Shown here in pieces: positions 30,877 through 43,175 of a stretch of 64,000 bases of DNA. This stretch comes from a virus. Lineage: Duplodnaviria > Caudoviricetes. The stretch is from IMG/VR virus record IMGVR_UViG_3300028887_000117, positions 2,497-66,496 of that record. One strand, written 5' to 3'. Both the position numbers and the translations under genes were made by a program. The notes under the pieces are model-generated. The model did no database searches, was not told the origin of the DNA, and saw nothing but the letters and a program-made list of their open reading frames with translations. How positions within the stretch are numbered: the first letter of the stretch is position 1; each line of letters starts with the position of its first letter.

Positions 30877-30948
30877 GCCCCTGTCGTTCAACGGAAAGGA
30901 TACGGTGCTACGAACACCGAGATAGAGTTTCGATTACTCTTGGGGGCA
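30877..30948 (+). tRNA. tRNA-Arg(ACG)
   Basis: CGGTG-CTACGAA-CACCG arm. Confidence 0.88.
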
Positions 30949-30974
30949 TCAAACAAAAGTAAAGGAGAATTAAA

Positions 30975-32095
30975 ATGGATAAACATATATTTGTTAATGC
31001 AATGAAAGGTTATATCAACCAGAAGAAGAAAGCTGATGAAACAATAGAAAAACTCTATGACCTCTTTGGTTTTGGAGCTTATGAGTTGTTTGATAATAAT
31101 ACCTATGAAGTCCTTTTCATTAATACTGTATCTGATGCTATTAATGACAAGGCAGGGTGGCTTCCATATTTTGTATGGGAGTGTGAATGTGACTTTAATG
31201 AGTTCAATGAGAGAGTTACTGTTAGTAACGAACATCCCAATATAAAAGACTTTAAAGACCTTTATGAGTTTATTAACCCTAAAAATAATTGACTTTTCAA
31301 AAAATTTTTGTTATAATATATATAGAAAAGTTAAGAGAGGAGAAAAAATAAAATGGATAAAATCTATGTAGCAACTTGGACGTCTGAATATGGTGACCAG
31401 CGTAAAGGTTTTGCCAATAAAGAGGACGCAGAAAAAGAAATCCGTAGTTGGATTGGACAATATATCTTTGATACTTTTGAGGGAGATGGTATCGAGGAAA
31501 CAATAGACCTTCTTAAAACCATTGCTATTCGTAATGAAGCTATTTTTGATAATGTATGGTATCAGATAGATAAAGACGAAGTTTATGTCGAGGAAATTGA
31601 TTTTAAAGATAAGTAAGGAGGATTACTATGAGTGAGTATATAGAGTTTTATGTTGGTAAAGGTGATACTCTTATAGAACTCAATGCTTTTTGTAGAAGCT
31701 CTACAATATATCAATTCTTCGTTGAATATTCCGCTATTCCTTATGAGAAAGTTCGTAAGATTTTTCCAAGCGACGTTGAGTATATAACAAAATATATCAA
31801 TGATGAAATAAAACATCTTAAAAAGAGCAAGAAGAAATCAGAGAAAGAGCTTAAACGACTTCATCAGGCAGTTGGAGATTTCTATAAGACTGAGGAAATA
31901 CATCAGACTTACGAGAATATATCTAACTACATCGAGGAAATAGATAGTGAAATAAAACAGTGCAAGGCGGCACTTCACTTCACTCAAGTTCTCTACGATA
32001 TGGTAGATAGCGCAAAATATCTTGATAATGAAGTCAATTATTATGTTGGCGTAGAGAGTGGAACTAATCCAGAAATAGAAAATACAGAGGATTAA
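30975..32095 (+). other. three hypothetical genes (30975..31292, 31353..31616, 31628..32095)
   Basis: ORFs with RBS. Confidence 0.6.
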
Positions 32096-32231
32096 AAATA
32101 ATTGACTTTTTTAAAATTTTTTGATATAATATATATAGAAAAGAGAGAAAAAGAAGAACCTCTCTTAAACATAAATACAACTTTTAACTAAGAGAGCCGT
32201 ACTCGTTAAAACGGAGAAAAGGAGAATTTAT

Positions 32232-32597
32232 ATGGCACTTACATTCAGAGGTTTTTATGAGGCAATCGTTGATGGTAATGTTTCTGACGAGGTAAAGGAG
32301 TTTGCTCAGACACAGATTGAGAAGCTCAACGCAAGAAACGAGGCAAGAAAGAACAAGGAGACACCTGCTGCTAAGGCAAAGGCTGAAGCTGATGAGGCTC
32401 TTCGCCAGAGAATTGTTGAGGTAACTGAGGTTGGAGTTAACTACACTGCAAAGGCAATCGCTGATGTTCTTGCAGATGGCACTAACTTCCAGAAAGTTGC
32501 AACTGTTATGAAGGCACTTGTTGAGAATGGCACTTTCGTTAAGGGCGAGACAAAGATTAAGGGTAAGGGTAAGGTAAACTGCTACACAAAGCAGTAA
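32232..32597 (+). CDS. family A protein (helical N-terminus + winged-HTH-like C-terminus), 1 of 4 paralogs
   Basis: aligns by eye with 38234, 42641 and 47322 (F..AIV...V..E.K.FA...IE.L...N.AR). Confidence 0.75.
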   Translation: MALTFRGFYEAIVDGNVSDEVKEFAQTQIEKLNARNEARKNKETPAAKAKAEADEALRQRIVEVTEVGVNYTAKAIADVLADGTNFQKVATVMKALVENGTFVKGETKIKGKGKVNCYTKQ

Positions 32598-32682
32598 TCA
32601 AAACCAATAAACCAATAACAACATAAAGGTTACGGCGGTCTTATGACCGCCTACAACCACTTAACGAAAAGGAGATTACTGT

Positions 32683-33464
32683 ATGTTTAATTATACCGAA
32701 ACAAAAGATATGACGACAAATAAGATTAAAGATGCCGCAAGACTTGAGGTTGTAGAAAAGGTTCTTGAACTGCTTGCTCCCTTTGATGCAAGAATGGTTA
32801 GGTCTGACGGCGAGCACCCTACAAATGATATTGGTCTTTATGTTGGAGAGATAGAGCTTAAGGACGGAACAACAGTTCCCCTGTGTGCAACACTTTCCAT
32901 TTCTATGAAAGACCCTGTTGATAGACGCACAGCTAAGAAAGTTTTCCCTGCGTATGATCTCGCTGCTGCAACTCAGAGATATAATGATTATCTTGTTAGA
33001 AAGATTGAAAATGATGCAACAAAAGCAGCGCTAAAGGAAAAGAAGATTGCGCAGGATAACGCAAAGAGAGAGAAGAAAGCACAGACTGAAGATTAATCTG
33101 GAGGTAAACAATGGCAGAAAGAAAAGTAATTGACTTTACTGAAGAGAAGAAGGTTTCTGTTATAAAGGAACAGGCAAGACAGTCTGTTCTGAATGATATA
33201 TGGGAGTTCCTCACCCAGAGATATGAAAAGGTTGGAAGAGTTGGTAGTAATCAGGTAGCAGTTGTGGCAGGAGTAGCCAATGATGATGATGGGTTTGCTC
33301 AAGATGTGGTTGTTGTGTTTGATGCAACTACTAAGCCTTGGTATGATAGAACTGTTAATGATAAGGGAGTTAAACTTTCCAGACCAGTAGTAAGATATGT
33401 TTTTGATGAAGAGACTGAAGCATATGAGAAAGATAAGGGTGCAAAGAAAGCACCCAAGAAGTAA
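32683..33464 (+). other. two related hypothetical genes (32683..33096, 33111..33464), paralogous to 44415..44786
   Basis: shared Lys/Ala-rich C-terminus (K.AKE.KIA.D.AKRE). Confidence 0.6.
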
Positions 33465-33740
33465 AGCCTATAAGAATTAAACATTTTTATACAACTCCTC
33501 TAAGAAAGGAAGTCACTAATGTGGCTTCCTTTTTTGCTTATACCTTTCGCCGCAGAAGTGACCTGTTCCCCGGGATCAACCTGCGAGGGCGGCAGAAAAG
33601 TGTAAACAAATTGTTAATTTTGCGACACTTGAGGGGAATAAGTCAAAACCCCTTTACTTTCCCTTTTGTTTAAATAAATTGACTTTTTAATTTTTTTATG
33701 ATATAATATATGTAGAAGATAAAAAAAGGAGGAAAATAGT

Positions 33741-34037
33741 ATGCTCGTTAAAATATGGCTTGATGATATAAGAGTAGCACCTGATGGATACTATTGGTGT
33801 ACGTCTGTAAATGATGCAAAATACTACATTCAAGAGTGTGAAGAGCGTGGGATAGAGATTAAAGTTCTTGACCTTGATCACGACCTCGGTGACTATGCTT
33901 ATGATGGTGGAGACGGAATAAAACTAGTTCTTTGGCTTGCAGAAACTGAAAGACATTATCCTATTAGACTCCATACTCAAAATGTGGTTGGTCGTGAGAA
34001 TATGCAGGCTATTATTGATAGATATTGGAAAGGATAA
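33741..34037 (+). CDS. cyclic-phosphate-processing receiver-like domain protein
   Basis: IWLDDIR, LDLDHDLG, HTQNVVGRENM motifs. Confidence 0.7.
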   Translation: MLVKIWLDDIRVAPDGYYWCTSVNDAKYYIQECEERGIEIKVLDLDHDLGDYAYDGGDGIKLVLWLAETERHYPIRLHTQNVVGRENMQAIIDRYWKG

Positions 34038-34051
34038 GGAGGAAATATAAT

Positions 34052-35403
34052 ATGGTAGTTGTATTTGGTAAAACTGTTGATGAAATTAGAATAGTCGTAA
34101 ATTTGGATTTAATTTGGGCTTTTCGGGTTGAGGGAAATAGAGTTATGTTTTTAAAAGATGATGGCACTTGGGCTAAACCTAATCTTGAAGGGATAGGAAC
34201 TGCTCAGGAAGTTATGAAATATATATCCTATGCTCTTACTAATGAATTGAAAGTATGTTTTGTAACAGAAGAAACTATTAATGCTTTTAAGGACAGATTA
34301 AGTGGAGAAAGAGATAATTTAATAAGAAAAGAAAGAATATTGAGAAATGCTATGGCACGGACGAAGGCGGCACTGAGTAAGGAGGAAAATAAAGATGCAG
34401 ATAATATTTTATAAGGAAGATAAAGTTTATAGAATAATCAATACTGATGTGTGTGCAGATTTTCGTAATGAAAATTTTGAAATTACCTACCAACACGGTA
34501 ATTATCGTCATACTATGTCAACAGAAGGAATAGGCAATACTCAGGAGATTTTAGATTATATTGCCTATTGTTTGAAAGAGAAGAAAGAAATATGCGAAGT
34601 TCCCTCTAAGGAATACGAAGATTGGAAATCAAGGCTTTATACTACTGAAGAGGATTTGAAGAAGAAACTTATTGAAGAAGTTAATAAAGCGCCAATAGTT
34701 CTTGGAGGAAATGATTATATTGCAACTTACCACGGTATACCATTAGAAGAACTTCAAAAGGCTTATGAAGAGCTTCAAAAGGCTTATGAAGAGTCGGTTC
34801 TTTACAAAGAATATAAGGAAATAATTGATAAGTGGGCTGAAGCAGGATTTATCAATCCAATAACTTCAAAAGAAATCAAAAAAATTAAGGAACAAGAGAA
34901 GAAGGATAAGACTCAAAAAGAAAACGTAAAGGAGATTTGGGTGAATTACGATAATGCTTCAATACGTACTCCTCATTGTGGACATAAGATAAGTAATGAG
35001 GAAAGGGAAGAAGCAATCAAAAGAGCAATAGCAAAGGCTTATCTCTTTGATAAGAAAGATATAAAGTAAATTACGATGTGCCGCCCTTCAAGTTTTGCTT
35101 CAAACATCGGGGCGCGGCACCGAGTAAGAAAAGGAGGTTGAGAAAATGAATAAAGAAGAATTTATAATCTATCTTCGCCATACAATCTATATAATTAAAA
35201 GAAACTATGAGGTACTTAATGTCCTCAATAAGTATGAAGATATAAACGATTATCCAAATTCTGATGCTCTTGATTTACTTGTAAAGATTTTGGCAACTTA
35301 TTCTAAGTTAAATGCAGACGAGTTAAGTGAGTATATATGTAATGTACTCCCTTGGTCCGTGCTACCAAGAGATGAAGCATTAGGAGAGCTATATAATGGA
35401 TAA
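34052..35403 (+). other. three hypothetical genes (~34052..34414, 34395..35069, 35146..35403)
   Basis: coupled ORFs; first two share a ...EGIG(T/N)(A/T)QE(V/I)..YI.Y.L motif. Confidence 0.6.
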
Positions 35404-35809
35404 CTTTAAAGAGGTCGGCTTAACAGTCGAAGAACAAAAGCAGGTAAAACAAGGTATTCGAGATAAACAGCACGAATTTCTTTTTATGAATGTTGGTTAT
35501 AAAAGGGAGGGTGTATTTATTATAACTTTCCCAAATGCAAAGCAATATATAGGTCGTTCTAAGACTATGGGATATAGATTAAAAGAAATCTTTGCTCAGC
35601 TCTTTTGGAATAACAAGCCAAGACAACAGTGGATTTATAAAGCTAAGGAAGAGAACAAGGACAGAATGAGTGACTTTAGGGATTTATCTATAAAGATAGT
35701 GTACACCAAAGACGGACAATATGAAGAAGCATATCGTTTATATATTGCTATGGCGGCTCAGAATGAGTTTGTCGAGTTCTATAATCACGACATTAAAAAG
35801 TAGACCTGA
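35396..35809 (+). CDS. GIY-YIG-like nuclease domain protein (TAG read-through to TGA)
   Basis: GVFIITF....YIGRS....RLKE pattern. Confidence 0.5.
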
Positions 35810-35936
35810 AGTTTCAGGTTTTAATATCGGATAGGAAAAATTTGAAGATTTCAAGGATAGAAGATACTTAATATATGAAAGTTAAAGAAAGCAACTATTA
35901 AGAAAAGTTGGAAGAATACTTAAGGAGGTAATATAA

Positions 35937-36680
35937 ATGAAGTTTCAACTCTATCGTAAGGATTACTATTCTTTTAAATCTTAGAAGAAAGTAGTAACTT
36001 ATGAACTTAAAGATTTTGTTGAGGATTTAGAAGTTTCTTGTGATGATACTTTTAAACGTTTTATTAATGGAGATACTCTCTATACTAAATATGTCGGGGT
36101 AGTAGAGTTCTCTACTGATAAAGAACTTAAAGTCTATATTGATAAAGTTCTAAAAGCTAAAACCTACTATAAAAATAAAGAAATTAAACCAAAAGAACCT
36201 GAGTCTAAAAGAGGTTTAGAATTAAGTTCCCATAATATCGACCTTAATTCTAATCGAGTTAATTCTTATCGTCCTTTAAAAGACCTAAACTCTACTCGAC
36301 CAAAAGTAATAGAAGAAGATAAAGAAGAAAGTTCTACGGATTATAAATATACCGTATTACTTAATCTAATCAATTCTGCTGACTTTAAAAAAGAATATAG
36401 TAAAGCCTACTTCAACTTTGTAACCTATACTCCTTTTTCTCAATGTTATCCTAAATGGAATATAAAGTTCTATTGTTTTATGATAACTCTTAATTCCTTC
36501 TTCTCTAATTCTCTACTTAAATCCTACCGTTTTAATCTATCTAAAGACTTTACTGAAAAAGAGATTAAAGGTACTCCAAAAGATAATGTTATAATTGATG
36601 TATTTAATTTATCTATCTCCTTTAATTCAATAATCTATAAAGATTTAGCTTTAGACCTATACTCTAAATTTAAAGGTTAA
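35937..36680 (+). CDS. hypothetical protein, 247 aa with one TAG at codon 16 (track shows only 36480..36680)
   Basis: AAGGAGG RBS, ATG 35937, continuous frame to TAA. Confidence 0.7.
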
Positions 36681-36711
36681 TTCCTATGAATTAACCTTTA
36701 TTTTTATATTT

Positions 36712-37070
36712 AAACCCTTCCCCTCTAAACCCTTCCCCTCCAGCAAATCGACGTAGATTAATAAATATATATAATATATATTATAATATAATAATAAAGA
36801 GAGGGGAAGGATTAAGGAGGAAGGATTAGAGGGGAGGGAAGGAAGGAAGGAAGGATTAAAGGGAAGGGTTAAGGAAAAGGGGAGGGGAAGGGTTAAGAGA
36901 ATAAGTATAATAATATAATAATATAATAATAATAAGAAGAGAGGGGAAGGGAAGGATTAAAGGGAAGGGGAGAAGGATTAAGGGTTAAAGAAGGACTAAA
37001 GGAAGAAGGGTTAGCCTAAAGGGGAGTACCTATTTAAGTAACTATTTAAGTAACTATTTAAATAATAATA
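36712..37070. repeat. strand-asymmetric purine tract (AGGGGAAGG/GGATTAAGG units), AT-only stretches and 3 x 12-bp TATTTAAGTAAC
   Basis: directly visible low-complexity repeats. Confidence 0.8.
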
Positions 37071-38233
37071 AGGGAGTACGTCGCTAAAGAACTGTTCCGC
37101 GATGGTCACTATATAGCAATGAAGAACTAGACCTATCCCCGGGAACACCTCTCGTTCGTTCCGAAATATAGGAAAAGAATTTATAGGGGAATTAACAAAT
37201 GGGGTTGCGAGTTAAACCGTTGTTTTGGGTTCTTAGACAATTGTTAGTGTTATTAGACAGTTGTTTGTGTCTATTGAACAATTTTATTGTGTTAATACTA
37301 TTTTGTTAGTGTGGCAGCTCGTACACTAAAAGTCAATATTTTAATATAATAATATAATAAGGGGCTTAAAATTTTTCCTATCTAGTCGCGGCTCGCGCCG
37401 AAGGCGTCTACGTAAGCCGATCCCGTAAGGGATTTAAATAAAGGGGTAGGTAGCTCCTATAGTTAAGGGGTTATCCAGCTCCAATGTAAAGGGGTAGGTT
37501 ACCTCGGATTTTATTAGTAAAGGGGTACTAGATTTCGGGGCGTTTACGTTGTTAGATTTGACTTTCTGCGGGCTTCCAATTTCTGGGAAATGTAGTCGTA
37601 CTAAATTTCGAAGGAAAAATGCTATAAATTCGCTATGAAAAATTTTTTAGGAATAGAAATTCTAAAACTCTATTTTGCTTAAGTTCTAGATAGGAAATCG
37701 CCTTCAAATTCGCTAGCTGCTTTGCAGCTCGCAGAATTTTTGGAATTTGTTAAAAATTTTAACTAAATGCCGCCCCGATGCTTCTCCCAGGGACTATGGT
37801 AAAAACTGGAAACGCGCATAAATTAAAGGAAAACTAAAGCAAATCTACTATTTTGCTATTGTTTTAGGAATATTTTATCTAAATTAATAATTTACTTGAA
37901 GGAATTAAAGCAAATTTTCTATAAATTCGCTATTGTTTTGTAATAAATTAAAATTAAATCTCCGATTTAGTTAAAAATTTTAACTAATTTATATAATGTT
38001 TAAAGTTTTTTAAAGTGAAATGCTTGAGTTTTTCTAAAAAATTTGCTATAATATATATAGAAAAGAGAGAGAAAGGAACAAAATAGAGAAGAACGGTCGT
38101 AGAATTAAATGGAAAAGCCATATAAGGTGGGTAAAGTGGACTTGTTTACTTCTCTGTTGTTCCCTAAACGAATTTCTACAATTCATAAACAACTATTTAA
38201 ATATCCAGTGTAACTGGAAGAAAGAGGTACAGT

Positions 38234-38596
38234 ATGAATAAGAGAGATTTTTTCAATGCTATCGTAAAGGCTGACGTTGCAGACGAGGTTAAGGCTTTCG
38301 CAGTTAAGGCTATCGAGGACCTCGACAATAAGAACAAGGCAAGAGCAGTAAAGGCTACTGAGAAGAGAGCTGAGGTTAACGAGCCTCTGATTGCTAAGTT
38401 CAACGAGATTCTTGCTGATGGTAAGGAGCACTTCGCAGTAGATGTCGCTGAGGCTCTTGGTATTAAGGTAGCTAAGGCTGCTGTTATCGCTAAGCTGGCA
38501 GGTGCCGATAAGGCTAAGGTTAAGGTTGGCAAGGCTTATCGTATGGCTTACAAGGCAAAGGCAGAAGCTGACGAGGGCGAGGATGCCTAGGGATAA
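38234..38596 (+). CDS. family A protein (TAG read-through adds QG)
   Basis: paralog alignment; TAG-GGA-TAA end followed by terminator. Confidence 0.75.
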
Positions 38597-39009
38597 AGAA
38601 GAGATACCGTAAGGTATCTCTTTTTTTTTATTTGGGGAATTAGTTAAAAATTTTAACTAAAGTTGCAGCTCGCTTTTGTTTGGGGAATTAGTTAAAAAAT
38701 TTAACCAAATGCCTACGTTGATTGCCGCAGCTCCCACCTAGTGTCCGGACCGTAGGAATCGTAGCTCGCGCAGCTCCAGCTCGTTCGCAGCTCGCATAAT
38801 CGCAGCTCGCTGGTGAGATGGTATAGGTGCAGTATGGAAAATTTTGGGAGCGTGTTGGTGAGGTAAGAGCATCGCTTTACCACTTTAACACTTTAAAGCG
38901 TGGTGCCGTCGCGGCATTAATAGTTTGGTAATATATGAACATAATGTTACGATTGCGACAGACATAGGAAAGTTAAAATTTTTAACTAATTAAATAAAAA
39001 AGAAGAGGA

Positions 39010-39878
39010 TTATTCCTCTTCTTCGATATGCCAACTATATGGCAAATTACCTATCTTTTTTTCAATATAACATCTATCGTAAATATCGTCATAAAAAGGG
39101 CACTGTTTGCAAGCATCACCGTGGTTTTTGCAACCCGTTGCCAGTTCATCAAGTAATCTGTAAGCCTTGTCTACAAAGGCATTTTCTGCATTGATACATT
39201 CCTTTTCTGTCTTGTGGACTTTTCCGTTAAAGTCCTTATATCTTGGTTCATTGATAATAGTCATTATTTTGACCACCTTTCGTTTTATTTTCTATATATA
39301 GTATAACATAGATTTTATTAAATGTCAATAGTTATTTTATTAAAGTTTTATTAATTAGTTAAAAGATTTAATTATTTCGTAAATGTGAACAACGCGACAC
39401 TTGTGCCGCGGTTAAAATTTTTAACTAATTAAAATAAAAAAGTTGCGGATTATACCGCAACAATTTTAAACTCTTTAATTGTTTTACCAAAAAAGGAAGG
39501 TTTTAGGAGAATGTCTATCGCTTCGTGAACCTCATTCATTGGAACTGGTTCGCTATTGGTTTGGATAACTTCGCCCGTGTTAAGAGTAATTAAGATATTC
39601 CAACCGATAGACTTATTGCTCTGACTTGTAGGTTCTTGACGGAGAGAGTTAATCTTTTTAACAAGTGCTCTAATCTTATCGTCAACCGTAGAGTTTGCTC
39701 TTACCCAAGTCCAAGACTCATTATCCCACTGGTAAATTCCTGTTTCATCTACATTGTCAGAAATCCATTCATCATTGCAATCATCAAGGAAATCTTCTAC
39801 ATTATCAATGTAAAGATACATAGGATTGTTTTTTATTGTGCAGACCTTAAAATCTTCATCAAAATACTTGTTTGCCAT
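39010..39878 (-). other. two single-gene cassettes (39010..39276, 39450..39878), hypothetical
   Basis: each with AAAGGCGG/AAAGGTGG RBS, own promoter and terminator. Confidence 0.65.
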
Positions 39879-40060
39879 ATTAGCAACCGCCTTTCTTTTT
39901 ATTTTCTATATACATTATAGCATAGATTTTATTAAAAGTCAATAGAAATAAAATTAAATTTTTATTAATTGATTAAAATATTTAATTATTGCGAAAGTGT
40001 GAACGTTGCGACAGAATAAGAGAGTTAAAATTTTTAATTAATTAAAAAGAAAAAAACGGC

Positions 40061-40726
40061 TTATGCCGTTTCTTTCCAGTATGTGCGTTGCATTTTCTTG
40101 TGCTGACGGATACAATGTGCAAAAATTTCTTTCTCAATTAGCACATCTTCGAGACCCGTGTGCGACTCTATAAAGTCGTTATTATCTGTTATATATCTAT
40201 AAAGTATTTCTGCGGTGAGTCGGGGTTGATTATTTCTCATTGTATATCCATTCTCTTTACACCAAAGTCGATAAGTCTTTTGCTTGCCTATTGTTGTTCT
40301 TGCCATAGCAAGTGTGCACCATATTGTAGTATTATATGGGAGAAAATAACGTTTTTGAGACTTAGTTATATATCTCATTGTCGTATTCAATGCGTTATAA
40401 TCGAACCGCATATTGTGGGCGATAACTGCGGATACATTGTACTTTTGAATATATCTTGCAACTATCTGTCTTGCTGTTTCAAAGTTTACAAGACGGCGTG
40501 TTTTTGCTTTTAGTGCCGTTTCGTATTGCGGAATTTTTTCGGAGTAATACGCCGTTTCCATTAAGTCTCTCATCAATACAAATACGTCATAGATTACAAG
40601 ACTTTCCGTGTGATAGACGTTGCCGTGTTTGTCTACGATTGCAAAGCCTATATCGTAAACAAGAGGGTCATCAAGTCCGTTTGCCGTCTCGGTATCAAGT
40701 ACCATAAAATATTTTTTCTGCGCCAT
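40061..40726 (-). CDS. DEDDh 3'-5' exonuclease
   Basis: VLDTET, AHNMRFD, WCTLAM, ESHTGLEDV motifs. Confidence 0.85.
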   Translation of the reverse strand: MAQKKYFMVLDTETANGLDDPLVYDIGFAIVDKHGNVYHTESLVIYDVFVLMRDLMETAYYSEKIPQYETALKAKTRRLVNFETARQIVARYIQKYNVSAVIAHNMRFDYNALNTTMRYITKSQKRYFLPYNTTIWCTLAMARTTIGKQKTYRLWCKENGYTMRNNQPRLTAEILYRYITDNNDFIESHTGLEDVLIEKEIFAHCIRQHKKMQRTYWKETA

Positions 40727-40979
40727 TTTATCAACGTCCTTTCGTTTTCTTTAATCTTATTATAGCATAGAAATTGTTAAATGTCAATAGTTATTTTATT
40801 AAAGTTCTGTGAATTTGTTAAATGTTTTAATTATTACGGGAATGTTAAGAACCCGACAGAACGATTGCGGCGCAGTTAATTCTTTTAACGAATTAATAGA
40901 AATTTAATTTTATATCTATTGATTTTAAATAATTTATATGTTATACTATATATAGAAAATAAATAAAGGAGTTGCTAAA

Positions 40980-42396
40980 ATGAATAAGACTAAACTTTTT
41001 GAAAATTTTGGATATGTTGTATTAATGGGCTTGATAATTGCTCAATGTGTTATCGGTAAGTGGTATCTTGTTGGGCAAGGAATTTATTTGACTTGCAATA
41101 TTATTTCAGTTGTTCGGAGTTTTGTACTCAATAGACCAAAAGCAGATAAGATAAAAGATTTGTCTTGTACTGCAATAACTATTGGTTTGATTTTAATTGC
41201 TATAAAGTAAAGGAGTTGAAAAATTATGGGAATTTTTGAAAAGTTTGCAGTAATTACAGGAGATTGTAAAATTGTGGGAATATTTTCCTCTATTGATATG
41301 GCAGAAGATTTTATTAAGGGATTTCAGGTAGATTTTACCAGTGAACTCCGTTATTACAAAATCTATACAGATTTCTAAAAGTTGGCAATTGCCAACTTTT
41401 TTTTTAAAAGATTTAATTATTAATGGGATATTAACAACACGACAGTTTAAGTTATTACGATAGTATTAACAACGCGATGGTAATGTCGGATTGTTAATCT
41501 CTTGTTCACAATTATAGTGTCGCGTTGTTCATACTTTAGTCATATTTGGTTAAAACTTTTAACTAATTTAAAAATAAAAAAGGTTAGCAAATGCTAACCT
41601 TTCTTTTTTAACTTAACAGTACCGCAATTAAAATCAGGAGAAGTCCAATAGCAATAGGGAGATAAATTGGCATTAGTACGAACCACCAAGACCAAGAAAT
41701 TACTCCGCACAATTTAAGTGCGATAAAAAGCAATCCCAAAAGACCAAAGAAACCAACTCCGCCGTTTGATGACTTTTTTTCCATAATAAAAACCTTTCTC
41801 GTTTTAAAGAGTTTTCGTTCTCTTATCTTGATTATAGTATAACACATTTTAGGTGATTTGTCTATTGGCAAAATAGACAAAAATAAAAATTTTATTTTGG
41901 TTATTTTGATGATTGACTTTTTAAAATGAATATGATATACTATATATAGAAAAGGAATAGGAGTTGTTAAAATGTTAATGTTCATAAAGATAATAGTAAT
42001 TATTTTTTTTATTACTTTTTTTGTTTCTGCAATTATCGCTAAGAAAGAAAAATATACAGATATTTGTGTTACAATAATGATGTGGTCTTTTCGCTTATTT
42101 ACGGGGATAATGATTTTATTAGGTTTAGGTATTTTTGTTTGGGAATTATTTAGATAAAGGAGTTAAAAACTATGGAGATAAATGCTACACAATGGGAGTA
42201 CAAAACACTTGCAGAGATGTCAAAAGGCGATTGCTTTTTAAATAACAAGGGTAATATAATAGTATTTGATAGAAAGATAGAAAATCAAAAAGATAGATAT
42301 TATGTTCATCTTTTTAGGCATAGATATTTCGGTTTGATTTCTTATAAAGATACTGGAAAACTGTTTAAAGTTATTAAAAAAGCAGAGATATTTTAA
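40980..42396. other. small genes: 40980..41210 (+, membrane), 41608..41784 (-, membrane, LKLCGVISWSWW), 41972..42157 (+, membrane), 42172..42396 (+)
   Basis: ORFs with RBS, promoters and terminators. Confidence 0.6.
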
Positions 42397-42640
42397 AAAG
42401 GAGTTGAAAGTTAATGAAAAATGTAAGAGATTAACAGATAATGTCAATCTCTTTTAATTAGTTAAAAATTTTAATTATCAAATAATTGTTAAGATTACGA
42501 CAGTAACTTTATGAATAAGATATTGAGATTGCGATGGTAATATCGGATTGTTCATATTGGATTAACAATTGCAACTATCGGGTTGTTAATAATTCGGCAA
42601 TATTTAAAATTTTTAACTAATTAAAGAAAAAGAAAAGGGG

Positions 42641-43015
42641 TTAATCCCCCTTTTCCTCTACCTGTGCGGCGTTCTTATAAGCAATTGCCCTGTTCTTGCC
42701 GTTCTTGACAGTTTCCTTGACAACAGTACCATTGTCAACAAAAGGCTTAACGAGTGCGGCAATCTTTGGAGAGTTAGCACCTGTATATGCGGCAATCTCT
42801 GCACAAGTGTGTACCTTGCCGTCTGCAAGTAGTGCATTAATCTGTGCAAGCAGTGGTGCATTTACGGCGTCCTTCTTTTCCTTGACCTTTGCGTTCCTTG
42901 CAGAGTTCTTCTTGCCGAGGGCTTCAATCTGCTTTGTTGCATAGTCTTTCAACTCCTGTGCAACATCTGCGGAAACGACTGCCTGAAAAAATTCTCTTTG
43001 TGTCATAGTATTCAC
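42641..43015 (-). CDS. family A protein
   Basis: paralog alignment. Confidence 0.75.
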   Translation of the reverse strand: MNTMTQREFFQAVVSADVAQELKDYATKQIEALGKKNSARNAKVKEKKDAVNAPLLAQINALLADGKVHTCAEIAAYTGANSPKIAALVKPFVDNGTVVKETVKNGKNRAIAYKNAAQVEEKGD

Positions 43016-43175
43016 CTTTCTCCGTTTTAAAGTCTATCGGCTGACTTATAATGTTGTTGTGGATTAGGTTCTTTCCCTTATCTCTGTATATAGTATAACA
43101 TATTTAAGGGAGTTTGTCAATTAACATTCTGTGAAGTTTTTATGAAGTTTTCGTGAATTTGTTAATTGGTTTAAC

